DNA from: Clostridia bacterium | Lineage (GTDB): Bacteria > Bacillota > Clostridia > UMGS1883 | NCBI GenBank assembly: GCA_017466275.1 | Contig: JAFTUL010000008.1 | Coordinates: forward strand, 1 to 42,185 | Reading direction: 5' to 3' | Length of the DNA stretch: 42,185 nt | Shown: positions 17,087 through 26,800 of the stretch, piece after piece | Position numbering within the stretch: the stretch's first letter is position 1 | Layout of the letters: each line of letters opens with the position of its first letter | Notes under the pieces: generated by a model | Seen by the model: only the letters and a program-made list of their open reading frames with translations | The model's database searches: none | Told to the model about the DNA's origin: nothing | Translations under genes and position numbers: made by a program

Positions 17087-19420
17087 TCAGCCTATATAAG
17101 CCGCCAGCACAGTCAGGTCATCACCAGGCTCTGAATTGGATATTTCTTTTGCCTTTCCCAGTATCATCTGTGCCAGTGCTTCAGGCTCAGTGCCGTCATA
17201 TTCGTCAATCATTTCCTTTATCCACGACAGCTTTCCGTTTTCCGAGGCGGTCACACCGTCAGAAACCATTACTACCATACTTCCTTTTTCGGAATTGACG
17301 GAGAATATTTCTGTATCTCCCGTTGCAAATGCACCTGCAGGCAGGGAGGGGGCAGAAATCTTTTCTACACTGTCTTTTATTTTTGTATAGCTTCCTGAGC
17401 CTCCGCATTTATAAATTTTTGATGAGCCGTCATCAAGGTTAATTATGCATAAATCAATGGCGGCAATACTTCCTGAAAATGTCCACAAAAGCATTGAGTT
17501 TATAATGTTAATTGCAGTTTCCGGCTCCATCTTAAGGCATAACAGCTTCAAAAGAAGATTTGATGCAGTACGGCTTTCCTCTCTTGCTATTTCACCGCTT
17601 CCCATACCGTCACATAAAATCATTGCATATGTATGCCTGTCCAACAAGGCGTACATAGCGTGGTCTCCGCTGACTTTCCTTTTTGCCTTAACTGCAGATG
17701 CCACCGCTGTGGTAATAGAAAAAGCAGGCTTGACAACATATGTAAACGAACACTCTCCGCAGCAGCGTACCCCCGTTCTTACAAAGGGCTTTCCGAGTGC
17801 ATCCTCAAGAATGCTGCATACGGATTTTTCACATCTGCCGAAACCGCCGCAGCTTTCGAGCTTTAATGTCACCTGCATTTCGTCCTCTTTACCGCTGACA
17901 AAAATATCACGGGCGGATATACCCTCTTTCCGAAGAAGCATTTTGAGGTTATCGGCGGCAACGCTGTCACAATCGATGCTTTCGGAAAGCTCTTTTGCAC
18001 CAAGCCCCAATATCCCAGATATGCCGTCAAATATGCTGTATGCCGTTGTACGGAACTCGCTTAACTTTTCAGTCCACATACAGTCGTTTTTATATATTTC
18101 AAACATTTTGGAAAACTCAGATACAAACTGGTCGCTCCTTAGACAATGTGGCGGTGCACAGTCGGCTGTCGCAGGTTTTCCACCCTGAAGATTTTGACAT
18201 AGCATGTCCATAGCTTCCTTGGTGGCTTTTGCATCCCTGCCCCAGCAGTATTTCCTGAGTCCGCAGCTTCCGCAGGTGTTTCTCGCAGTTCTTCTGTATA
18301 AAATCAGCGTGTTGTACTCATCATTATTCCTAAGCTCAAAAATACGGCGGAAGCTTTTCTGACAGTTTTCCACGGTTGATTGTGCTCCCCTCAGCTTTCC
18401 TGCAACAAGGTCAAAGGCAGGTGGGGAAGCAAGGGAAAACTGATTTAATGCACTAAATACTTTTTGTGGCATACAATAAAGTATAAATGCCGCTATAACG
18501 GTGTCAGTCAGGCTAATAAAGACCTCCGTAGAGCCGTTTGACAAAATAGTGACAATAGCGTTTGTCATAACAAAAGAAACGCACGCTGCCCACTTACCGT
18601 TTTTTGCAAAATATCCCGAACACAATCCGCAAAGAGCATATGAGGCGGCACCACCGTCAATTCTTCCACGGCTGAGACAGCTTACAATACCCATTATGAT
18701 TCCTGCACTGCAGGCCTGCAGACTTCCGAAACGAACTGCAAAAAGAAGCACGCACAGAACACAGGCAATTCCCGTAAAGGAAAAAAATCCGGGTATGCCG
18801 AAATTTCCTATTCCGCAAAGAATTCCGCCTGAAAGTAAAGCAAAAGAAACCGTCTCTTCTGCGGTCAGCGTTCTTCTGAATCGTAATGATGATACAAGAT
18901 TAAGTGCAACTGCAAATGCCCTTACACAAAACCAAACCGTGGCACTTTCCACAATAAGAACCATACTGTCATAAAGAAGCGGATACCCGTCAAAGGTTAC
19001 ATCGGCAAACAATAGGAATAATCCCGATAATAAAATGCTCAGGCAGGCACTTACGCCTTTAATTCCCGAGTTATGATTCTTTTTCTGCAGAAAGCGTTCA
19101 TGTACAAGTGAAAACAGTATGACTGAAATTATGTATTTGCCCACAGGCAAAATGCCCCTGCCTGAGAAAAGAAGCCCCAGAATGGCTGAAACTGCACAGG
19201 CATAAGTTCCTCCGAAACCGAAATTTGCCGCAAAAAAAGCAAACCCAAGCGGCGTTGCACCACCAATAAAGCTTGTCCTCGACAGCAGAAACGCACATAT
19301 ACATTTTAAAGCTGTTGCGGTGAATACATATTTTTTTACTTTTATAATAGGTTGTCCTTTGAAAAAACTGCGGGTTTTACCCATTCTCTCCCGCAAGGGT
19401 CTGGGATTTGATACACTCAT
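17087..19420 (-). CDS. spoIIE: Stage II sporulation protein E (membrane-bound PP2C phosphatase)
   Basis: 777-aa ORF. The N-terminal ~330 aa are polytopic membrane segments. The C-terminal PP2C domain carries LCDGMGSG and VMVSDGV motifs, and the architecture is typical of SpoIIE. Confidence 0.9.
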   Translation of the reverse strand: MSVSNPRPLRERMGKTRSFFKGQPIIKVKKYVFTATALKCICAFLLSRTSFIGGATPLGFAFFAANFGFGGTYACAVSAILGLLFSGRGILPVGKYIISVILFSLVHERFLQKKNHNSGIKGVSACLSILLSGLFLLFADVTFDGYPLLYDSMVLIVESATVWFCVRAFAVALNLVSSLRFRRTLTAEETVSFALLSGGILCGIGNFGIPGFFSFTGIACVLCVLLFAVRFGSLQACSAGIIMGIVSCLSRGRIDGGAASYALCGLCSGYFAKNGKWAACVSFVMTNAIVTILSNGSTEVFISLTDTVIAAFILYCMPQKVFSALNQFSLASPPAFDLVAGKLRGAQSTVENCQKSFRRIFELRNNDEYNTLILYRRTARNTCGSCGLRKYCWGRDAKATKEAMDMLCQNLQGGKPATADCAPPHCLRSDQFVSEFSKMFEIYKNDCMWTEKLSEFRTTAYSIFDGISGILGLGAKELSESIDCDSVAADNLKMLLRKEGISARDIFVSGKEDEMQVTLKLESCGGFGRCEKSVCSILEDALGKPFVRTGVRCCGECSFTYVVKPAFSITTAVASAVKAKRKVSGDHAMYALLDRHTYAMILCDGMGSGEIAREESRTASNLLLKLLCLKMEPETAINIINSMLLWTFSGSIAAIDLCIINLDDGSSKIYKCGGSGSYTKIKDSVEKISAPSLPAGAFATGDTEIFSVNSEKGSMVVMVSDGVTASENGKLSWIKEMIDEYDGTEPEALAQMILGKAKEISNSEPGDDLTVLAAYIG

Positions 19421-19577
19421 TGGTAAATCATCCTTTCATACTCTTTCGCAAGTATTTTAGCATTTGTGGTGTGAGAGTTTTTGTCTAACCATGTACTAAA
19501 GAAAAAAAGTTTTCGTCATACTGTTTCAATAAGTTGCAGAATTTATAAAATTTGTTCAAAATTATGTCTGTTTCGGC

Positions 19578-19605
19578 TTGACTTTACTTTTTAAGGGAGT
19601 ATAAT
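19578..19605 (+). promoter_or_regulatory. Putative sigma-A promoter of the MATE transporter gene
   Basis: TTGACT (19578-19583), a 16-nt spacer, then TATAAT (19600-19605). Confidence 0.6.
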
Positions 19606-19650
19606 CAGCTTGTAAGCGTGAAGATATTGCAGGAGCAGGGGGATTTGTTT

Positions 19651-21015
19651 ATGAAAAAGCATACCGTGGATATGACAAAAGGGAATATCTTTAAATTAAT
19701 AATAGCTTTTACAATTCCGATTATGATATCGGGCATTTTGCAGACACTTTATAATGCTGCAGATATGATTGTTGTGGGTCGGTTTGCAGGCCCTAAATCC
19801 CTTGCGGCAGTAGGTTCGACAGGCTCGGCAATAAATCTTCTCATCGGTATATTTGTGGGGCTTTCCTCGGCGACAAATGTTATAGTTGCGAGAAAGTTCG
19901 GAGCAGGGAATAAGTCAGGCGTTTCCAAGGCTGTTCACACATCTATTGCAGTCTGCCTTGCAGGTGGTGTGTTTCTTGCAATAGCAGGATTTTTCCTTTC
20001 AAAACAGATTCTTTTATGGATGAGTTCTCCCGAGGATGTTATAAACCTTTCTACTCTCTCCATGAAAATATATTTTATGGGCGTTCCTGCTATGCTGATT
20101 TACAATTTCGGCAGTGCTATTCTTCGTGCGGTGGGCGACTCAAAAAGACCTACATATTACCTTATGATATCGGGGATAGTAAACGTACTTCTGAATCTTG
20201 TATTTGTTATTTTATTTAAAATGGATGTGGCAGGTGTCGCCCTTGCTACTGTTGTTTCGCAGGTTATGTCAGCTGTGCTTGTTGTCCGCTGTCTTGTTAA
20301 GACAGATGATAGTTACAAGCTTGTTATAATAAAACTCAAAATACATACTGAGGAGCTTAAGGAGATAATTTTTCTTGGCATACCTGCAGGAATACAGGGT
20401 GCAGTTTTCTCGATTTCAAACATTATAATACAATCCTCAATAAATGCCTGTGGTTCTCAGGTAATGGCAGGAAACTCTGCCGCTGCCAGTGCAGAAGGTA
20501 TTGTCTACATTGCAATGAATTCTTTTTTCCACGCAACCCTCACTTTTGTAGGACAGAACTACGGAGCACATGATTTTAAGAGAATAAGGAAAGGTTTTTG
20601 GACTGCATTCTGTACTTCCGCAGTTTTCAGTTTTCTGCTATCGATTACATTCTCCCGCTTTGCTGAATTTTTCCTGAAATTCTATACTGATAAGCCAGAA
20701 GTAATAAAAATCGGAGCAGACAGAATGCATATTGTATGCGCACTTTATTTCCTGTGCGGACTTATGGAAGTGGGGGCAGGTGCTCTCCGCGGTATGGGTG
20801 TTGCTTTCCGTTCAATGCTCACTTGCCTTGTAGGGGCTTGCGGCATCCGTCTTGTGATGACAATAATGGGTGCACCTTATTCCAAGGCGGAGGACCTTAA
20901 GATTCTTTATATTTCATATCCTATTTCATGGGTAGTTACGGCAACTGCACTGGGGATTGTGTTCTTTACAATTTTAAGAAACAGGGAAAAGAAATGGATT
21001 AATCAGAACAAATAA
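19651..21015 (+). CDS. MATE family efflux transporter
   Basis: 12-TM-type hydrophobic protein with the typical MATE N-terminus (...GNIFKLIIAFTIPIMISGILQTLYNAADMIVVGRF). ATG 19651 is preferred, with AGGGGGA upstream. Confidence 0.9.
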   Translation: MKKHTVDMTKGNIFKLIIAFTIPIMISGILQTLYNAADMIVVGRFAGPKSLAAVGSTGSAINLLIGIFVGLSSATNVIVARKFGAGNKSGVSKAVHTSIAVCLAGGVFLAIAGFFLSKQILLWMSSPEDVINLSTLSMKIYFMGVPAMLIYNFGSAILRAVGDSKRPTYYLMISGIVNVLLNLVFVILFKMDVAGVALATVVSQVMSAVLVVRCLVKTDDSYKLVIIKLKIHTEELKEIIFLGIPAGIQGAVFSISNIIIQSSINACGSQVMAGNSAAASAEGIVYIAMNSFFHATLTFVGQNYGAHDFKRIRKGFWTAFCTSAVFSFLLSITFSRFAEFFLKFYTDKPEVIKIGADRMHIVCALYFLCGLMEVGAGALRGMGVAFRSMLTCLVGACGIRLVMTIMGAPYSKAEDLKILYISYPISWVVTATALGIVFFTILRNREKKWINQNK

Positions 21016-21018
21016 TTA

Positions 21019-21044
21019 AAAGGGAGATGCTCGCATCTCCCTTT
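21019..21044 (+). terminator. Rho-independent terminator after the MATE gene
   Basis: AAAGGGAGAT-GCTCGC-ATCTCCCTTT hairpin starting 4 nt after the stop, followed by a short T-rich stretch. Confidence 0.7.
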
Positions 21045-21045
21045 C

Positions 21046-21074
21046 TTGACTTTGTAAGGCATTGCAGATATAAT
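21046..21074 (+). promoter_or_regulatory. Putative sigma-A promoter of the GTPase-NYN fusion gene
   Basis: TTGACT (21046-21051), a 17-nt spacer, then TATAAT (21069-21074), ~35 nt upstream of the ATG. Confidence 0.65.
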
Positions 21075-21108
21075 ATAATAGAAACTTTTAAGAAAAGGAA
21101 ACTACCTT

Positions 21109-23667
21109 ATGAAACGAATTGCACTGGGAATACTGGCACACGTTGACAGCGGAAAAACAACCCTTTCCGAAGCGATGCTTTATACGGCAGGGGAAATTCG
21201 TACCCTTGGCAGGGTTGACCACCGTGATGCCTTCCTTGATACAAATGAAATAGAAAAAGACCGTGGAATCACCATATTTTCCAAACAAGCGGTGATAAAT
21301 CTTGAGAACACGCAGATAACACTCCTTGATACCCCCGGTCACGTAGATTTTTCGGCAGAAACGGAAAGAGTTTTGTGGACACTTGATGCCGCAGTACTGG
21401 TTGTCAGCGGAAGCGAGGGTGTGCAGAGTCATACTCAGACTTTGTGGAAGCTTCTTTCGGAACATGCTATTCCAACATATATTTTTGTCAATAAAATGGA
21501 TATGGACGGAACCGATAAGGACAAGATTTTAGCTGACCTTAACAAGAGTTTGGGCAGCGGTTTTGTCGTGTTTAATAATGAGGATAGGGAAGCGTTTTTT
21601 GAGGAAGCTGCATTATGCAGTGAGGAGCTTTGTAATTCGTTCCTTGAAAACGGAACAATTACTGATGAAGAAATTTCAGAAGCAATCGAAAGCAGGAAGA
21701 TGTTCCCCTGCTATTTCGGTTCTGCACTGAAGCTTCAGGGTGTAGAGGAATTTTTGAGTGGTGTTGATAAATACACCACCTATAATGGGGAAAATCCTCG
21801 GCTTGGGGCAAGGATTTTTAAAATTTCCGAGGATGAGAAAGGAAACCGCCTTACCCATATGAAAATAACAGGAGGAGTTCTCCGTGTCCGTGATAAGATA
21901 CAGTCGGGCGATGCCGAGGAAAAAGTCAGCGAAATCCGTGTGTACTCCGGTGCAAAGTACAAAAATGTGCAGGAAGTGTATGCAGGCGATGTATGTGCCG
22001 TTTTGGGTATCACAACTCTTTTGGGCGGTCAGGGAATAGGATTTGAGGATAATTCTCCTGCCCTTACATTGGAGCCTGTATTTAATTACCGTGTGGTGCT
22101 TGAGGATGGGGTAGACCCCCGTGTAGCCCTTGCACAGCTCCGCAAATTGGAGGAAGAGGAAACTCAGCTTCGTGTAGGGTGGAACAGTGCCCTTGGTGAA
22201 ATAAATATTCAGCTTATGGGCGAGGTGCAGCTTGAAGTATTGCAGAAAATTCTCGCAGACCGTTTTAAACTTAATGTAGAGTTTGCTCAGGGAAGCATCA
22301 TATATAAAGAAACTATAACAGCCCCCGTTGAGGGTGTGGGACATTACGAGCCACTTCGTCATTATGCCGAGGTGCATCTTCTTCTTGAACCATTAAAAAG
22401 AGGGGCAGGACTGGTGTTTGATACGGACTGCAGTGAGGACTATTTGGGCAAAAACTGGCAAAGGCTTGTGCTTACCCACCTTAATGAAAGAAGACATATC
22501 GGGGTCCTTACGGGGAGTGCAATTACCGATATGAAAATAACCCTGAAATCGGGAAAAGCACACCTGAAACATACCGAGGGCGGTGATTTCAGACAGGCAA
22601 CCTACCGTGCGGTACGTCACGGATTGAGATGTGCCGAAAGCATACTTCTGGAGCCTTATTATGAGTTTATTTTAGAAGTTCCCACCGACTCTACGGGCAG
22701 GGCGATGACCGACCTTTCTGAGATGGGTGCGGAAATGTCTGCCCCCGATTTAATAGGGGATATGTCCGTTATAAAGGGAAGTGCCCCAGTAAGCAAAATC
22801 CGTTCATATCAGCGTAGCGTAACCTCCTATACTCACGGTCTCGGAAAACTCTCTTGCTCGTTCAAGGGCTACGGCACTTGTGTGAATCAGGAAGAGGTTA
22901 TTGCCGAAACGGGTTATAACTGTGACAGTGACGTTGAAAATACAGCAGACAGCGTATTCTGTGAACACGGTGCAGGCTTCAATGTACCGTGGCATCAGGT
23001 GACAGAATATATGAACCTTGAAAGTATCTTCGATGAAAAAACAGAAGACATCACACCCCATCATTTTGCAAAGAAAACCTCATCCTCGTACAGCGATGAT
23101 GAGCTTATGGCAATATTTGAACGTACCTACGGAAAAATTGTCCGTAAAAACCACAACGCAATGCGTACTCCCAAGGATGCGGCACCGCCGAAGAAACACC
23201 GCAGTGTACCGCAGAAGCAGGGACCCGGCTATCTCCTTATTGACGGTTATAACATAATATTTGCATGGGACGAGCTTAAAGAGGTTGCAAAGGATAACCT
23301 CGAGGATGCACGCAATATGTTAATTGACCGTGTATGCTCTTACCGTGCACTTCACTCACAGGAAATTATCCTTGTGTTTGATGCCTACAAGGTTAAAGGA
23401 AACCGCGGGGAGGTGGAGAAAATCCATAACATCAGCGTGGTTTACACCAAGGAGGCACAGACTGCCGATGCCTATATTGAAAAGACTGCACACGAGCTTG
23501 GAAAGAAGCATCACGTACAGGTTGCAACCAGCGACGGGCTTGAGCAGATGATAATATTGGGAAGCGGTGCAGTCAGGATAAGTGCCGCGGCATTTATCAA
23601 GGATATGGAGGATACAGGCAGGGAAATAGAGAAAATTCTGCGGGACATTTCAAATAAAAATGTATAA
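21109..23667 (+). CDS. TetM/EF-G-like translational GTPase fused to a C-terminal Rae1/YacP-type NYN (PIN-like) endoribonuclease domain
   Basis: G1 AHVDSGKT, G3 DTPGH and G4 NKMD; the N-terminus MKRIALGILAHVDSGKTTLSEAMLY resembles TetM/TetO. A GTPase-plus-domains-II-V body of ~640 aa is followed by a basic linker. Residues 705-852 (nt 23221-23664) carry YacP/Rae1 motifs LLIDGYN, LVFDAY, QTADAYIE and VATSDGLEQ. Confidence 0.9.
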   Translation: MKRIALGILAHVDSGKTTLSEAMLYTAGEIRTLGRVDHRDAFLDTNEIEKDRGITIFSKQAVINLENTQITLLDTPGHVDFSAETERVLWTLDAAVLVVSGSEGVQSHTQTLWKLLSEHAIPTYIFVNKMDMDGTDKDKILADLNKSLGSGFVVFNNEDREAFFEEAALCSEELCNSFLENGTITDEEISEAIESRKMFPCYFGSALKLQGVEEFLSGVDKYTTYNGENPRLGARIFKISEDEKGNRLTHMKITGGVLRVRDKIQSGDAEEKVSEIRVYSGAKYKNVQEVYAGDVCAVLGITTLLGGQGIGFEDNSPALTLEPVFNYRVVLEDGVDPRVALAQLRKLEEEETQLRVGWNSALGEINIQLMGEVQLEVLQKILADRFKLNVEFAQGSIIYKETITAPVEGVGHYEPLRHYAEVHLLLEPLKRGAGLVFDTDCSEDYLGKNWQRLVLTHLNERRHIGVLTGSAITDMKITLKSGKAHLKHTEGGDFRQATYRAVRHGLRCAESILLEPYYEFILEVPTDSTGRAMTDLSEMGAEMSAPDLIGDMSVIKGSAPVSKIRSYQRSVTSYTHGLGKLSCSFKGYGTCVNQEEVIAETGYNCDSDVENTADSVFCEHGAGFNVPWHQVTEYMNLESIFDEKTEDITPHHFAKKTSSSYSDDELMAIFERTYGKIVRKNHNAMRTPKDAAPPKKHRSVPQKQGPGYLLIDGYNIIFAWDELKEVAKDNLEDARNMLIDRVCSYRALHSQEIILVFDAYKVKGNRGEVEKIHNISVVYTKEAQTADAYIEKTAHELGKKHHVQVATSDGLEQMIILGSGAVRISAAAFIKDMEDTGREIEKILRDISNKNV

Positions 23668-23713
23668 AAATCAAATATATTACGTTTATTGACGAAAAAA
23701 TGCACTGAAAAAC

Positions 23714-23742
23714 TTGACTAAAAAGACCCGAGGCTGTATAAT
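23714..23742 (+). promoter_or_regulatory. Putative sigma-A promoter of the PFOR gene
   Basis: TTGACT (23714-23719), a 17-nt spacer, then TATAAT (23737-23742), giving a ~90-nt leader. Confidence 0.65.
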
Positions 23743-23831
23743 ATCTTAGGATGATTATGGGGGAGTCTGTTTCCTGTAATCTATCTGTGCGTTTAATTTT
23801 TGTTTATATATATCAAGGAGGTAAAAATACT

Positions 23832-26800
23832 ATGGCAAGAAACAAGAAAACCATGGATGGTAACACCGCCGCAGCATATGTCTCATATGCGTTTACCGAC
23901 GTTGCTGCTATCTACCCCATCACTCCTTCCTCAAACATGGCTGAGGTTACGGACGAATGGGCAGCAAAAGGCAAGAAGAATATGTTCGGCAGAACAGTAA
24001 AGATTGCAGAAATGCAGTCTGAGGGTGGTGCAGCAGGTGCCGTTCACGGTTCACTTACAGCAGGTGCTCTTACAACTACTTATACTGCTTCTCAGGGTCT
24101 TCTTCTTATGATTCCCAATATGTACAAGATCGCAGGTGAGCTTCTTCCGTCAGTTATTAACGTATCTGCACGTGCACTCGCTTCACACGCTCTTTCAATC
24201 TTTGGTGATCATCAGGACGTATATGCATGCCGTCAGACAGGTTATGCAATGCTTTGTTCTGCTAATCCTCAGGAAGCTATGGACCTCGGTGCAGTAGCAC
24301 ATCTTACAACACTTAAAGCAAGAGTTCCTTTCCTTCATTTCTTTGACGGATTTAGAACTTCTCACGAATATCAGAAGGTTGAGTGCTGGGATGACGAACA
24401 GCTCAAGAAGCTCGTTGATATGGATGCAATAGACGCATTCCGTCGTCGCTCTCTTAACCCCGAACATCCTGCACAGCGCGGTACAGCTCAGAACCCCGAC
24501 GTTTTCTTCCAGGCAAAGGAAGCAAACAACAAGTTCTATGATGCAGTTCCCGACCTTTGCCAGGAATATATGGACAAGGTTAATGCAGAAATCGGTTCTG
24601 ACTACAAGCTCTTCAACTACTACGGTGCAGCAGATGCTGAGCACGTAATCGTTGCAATGGGTAGTGCTTGTGACACTATTCAGGAAACAGTTGACTATCT
24701 TGTAAAGAACGGCGTTAAGGTTGGTCTTATCAAGGTTAGACTTTACAGACCTTTCTCTGCTAAGCACCTTATCGAAGCTATCCCTGCTTCTGTTAAGAAA
24801 ATCAGCGTTCTCGACAGAACCAAGGAATGCGGTAGCATCGGTGAGCCTCTCTACCTCGACGTTGTTGCAGCTCTCCGTGACAGCCAGTTCAAGGATATCG
24901 AAATCTTCGGCGGACGTTACGGCCTTGGCTCTAAGGATACAACTCCTGCTCAGATTATCGCTGTATACAAGAACAACGACAAGAAGAGATTTACAGTTGG
25001 TATCAATGATGATGTAACATTCACATCTCTCGAAATCACAGAAAATCCCGACACAACTCCCGAGGGTACAACAAGCTGTAAGTTCTGGGGTCTTGGTGCT
25101 GACGGTACTGTTGGTGCTAACAAGAACTCTGTTAAGATTATCGGTGACCACACTGATATGTACGTTCAGGCTTACTTCGACTATGACTCCAAGAAGTCCG
25201 GCGGTCTTACAGTATCTCACCTTCGTTTCGGTAATTCCAAGATTACAAGCACATACCTTATCAACAAGGCTGACTTCGTTGCATGTCACAAGGCTTCTTA
25301 CATCAGAAAGTACGATATGGTTAGCGACGTTAAGCCCGGCGGTGTATTCCTTCTTAACTGCCCCTGGACAAAGGCTGAAGAGTTTGAAGCTCACATCCCC
25401 GGTCAGGTTAAGCGTTACATTGCAGAAAACAACATCCAGTTCTATGTAATCGACGGTGTTGCTATCGGTAAGGAAATCGGTCTTGGTAACAGAATTAACA
25501 CTGTACTTCAGTCTGCATTCTTCAAGCTTGCTAACATCATCCCCGCTGATGATGCTATCCAGTATATGAAGGACGCTGCTACTGCTTCTTACTCCAAGAA
25601 GGGTGAAGCAATCGTTAAGATGAACCACGACGCTATCGATATGGGTGCTCAGAAGGTTGTTAAGGTTGATGTTCCTGCTTCCTGGAAGGATGCAAAGGAT
25701 GAAGACCTCACAGTTAAGTTTGACGGTGAAGGCAAACTCATCGATTACATCAACAACATTCTTAACCCCATCAACTCTTTTGCAGGTATGAAGCTCCCCG
25801 TATCCGCATTCGTTCCTTATGCTGACGGTGAAGTTCCGCTTGGTTCTTCTGCATTTGAAAAACGCGGTATCGCAATTGACGTTCCCGAATGGAAGAGCGA
25901 AAACTGTATCCAGTGTAACTTCTGTTCTTATGTATGTCCTCATGCTTGTATCCGTCCTGTAGTTCTTACAGAAGAGGAAGCAAAGAATGCTCCCGAGGGT
26001 ATCAAGTATATCAATATGACAGGTCTTAACGGTCTCTACTTTGCAATGGCAGTATCCGTACTTGACTGTACAGGCTGCGGCTCTTGTGCAAACGTATGTC
26101 CCGGTAAGAAGGGCGAGAAGGCTCTCGTTATGCAGCCTCTCGAAACACAGGAAGCTCAGCAGGCAGTATTTGACTACGGCATCAAGCTTCCCTCCAAGCC
26201 TGAAGTTCTTGAAAAGTTCAAGGAAACAACAGTTAAGGGCAGCCAGTTCAAGCAGCCCCTCCTCGAGTTCTCCGGTGCTTGTGCAGGTTGTGGTGAAACA
26301 CCTTATGCTAAGCTCGTAACACAGCTTTACGGTGATAAGATGTACATTGCTAACGCAACAGGTTGTTCTTCAATCTGGGGTGGTAGCTGTCCCTCTACTC
26401 CTTACACAGTTAACGAAAAGGGCGAAGGTCCTGCTTGGGCTAACTCTCTCTTCGAAGACAATGCAGAGTATGGTTATGGTATGTACCTTGCACAGAATAC
26501 TCTTCGTCAGGATTTGGTTGCAAAGGTTGAAGCAGTTTCCGAAAAGGCAGATGACGCTTCTAAGGCAGTAATTGCTAAGTATCTCGATACTGTTGAAGAT
26601 GTAAACGCTAACAAGGTAGCTACAGCTGAACTCGTTGAAGTTCTCGCTAAGATGAACACACCTGAAGCAGCTGAAATCCTCAAGGATAAGGAATACCTTT
26701 CCAAGAAGTCCGTATGGATTCTCGGTGGTGACGGTTGGGCATACGATATCGGTTACGGCGGTCTTGACCACGTACTTGCAAGCGGTGATGATGTAAACAT

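Noticed and set aside
21109-23667. The TetM-like gene considered as an acquired tetracycline-resistance determinant on a Tn916-type mobile element.
   Set aside because: - No integrase, excisionase, conjugation genes, leader-peptide attenuator or repeats flank it.
- The neighbours are housekeeping genes.
- The protein carries an extra nuclease domain not found in ribosomal-protection proteins.
24195-25943. 582-aa ORF antisense to the PFOR gene.
   Set aside because: - It lies entirely inside, and opposite to, a very confidently identified, highly codon-biased gene.
- The translation is low-complexity (Cys/Val/Leu/Asn-rich) with no recognisable motif and no RBS.
- It is a typical shadow ORF caused by codon bias that suppresses antisense stop codons.
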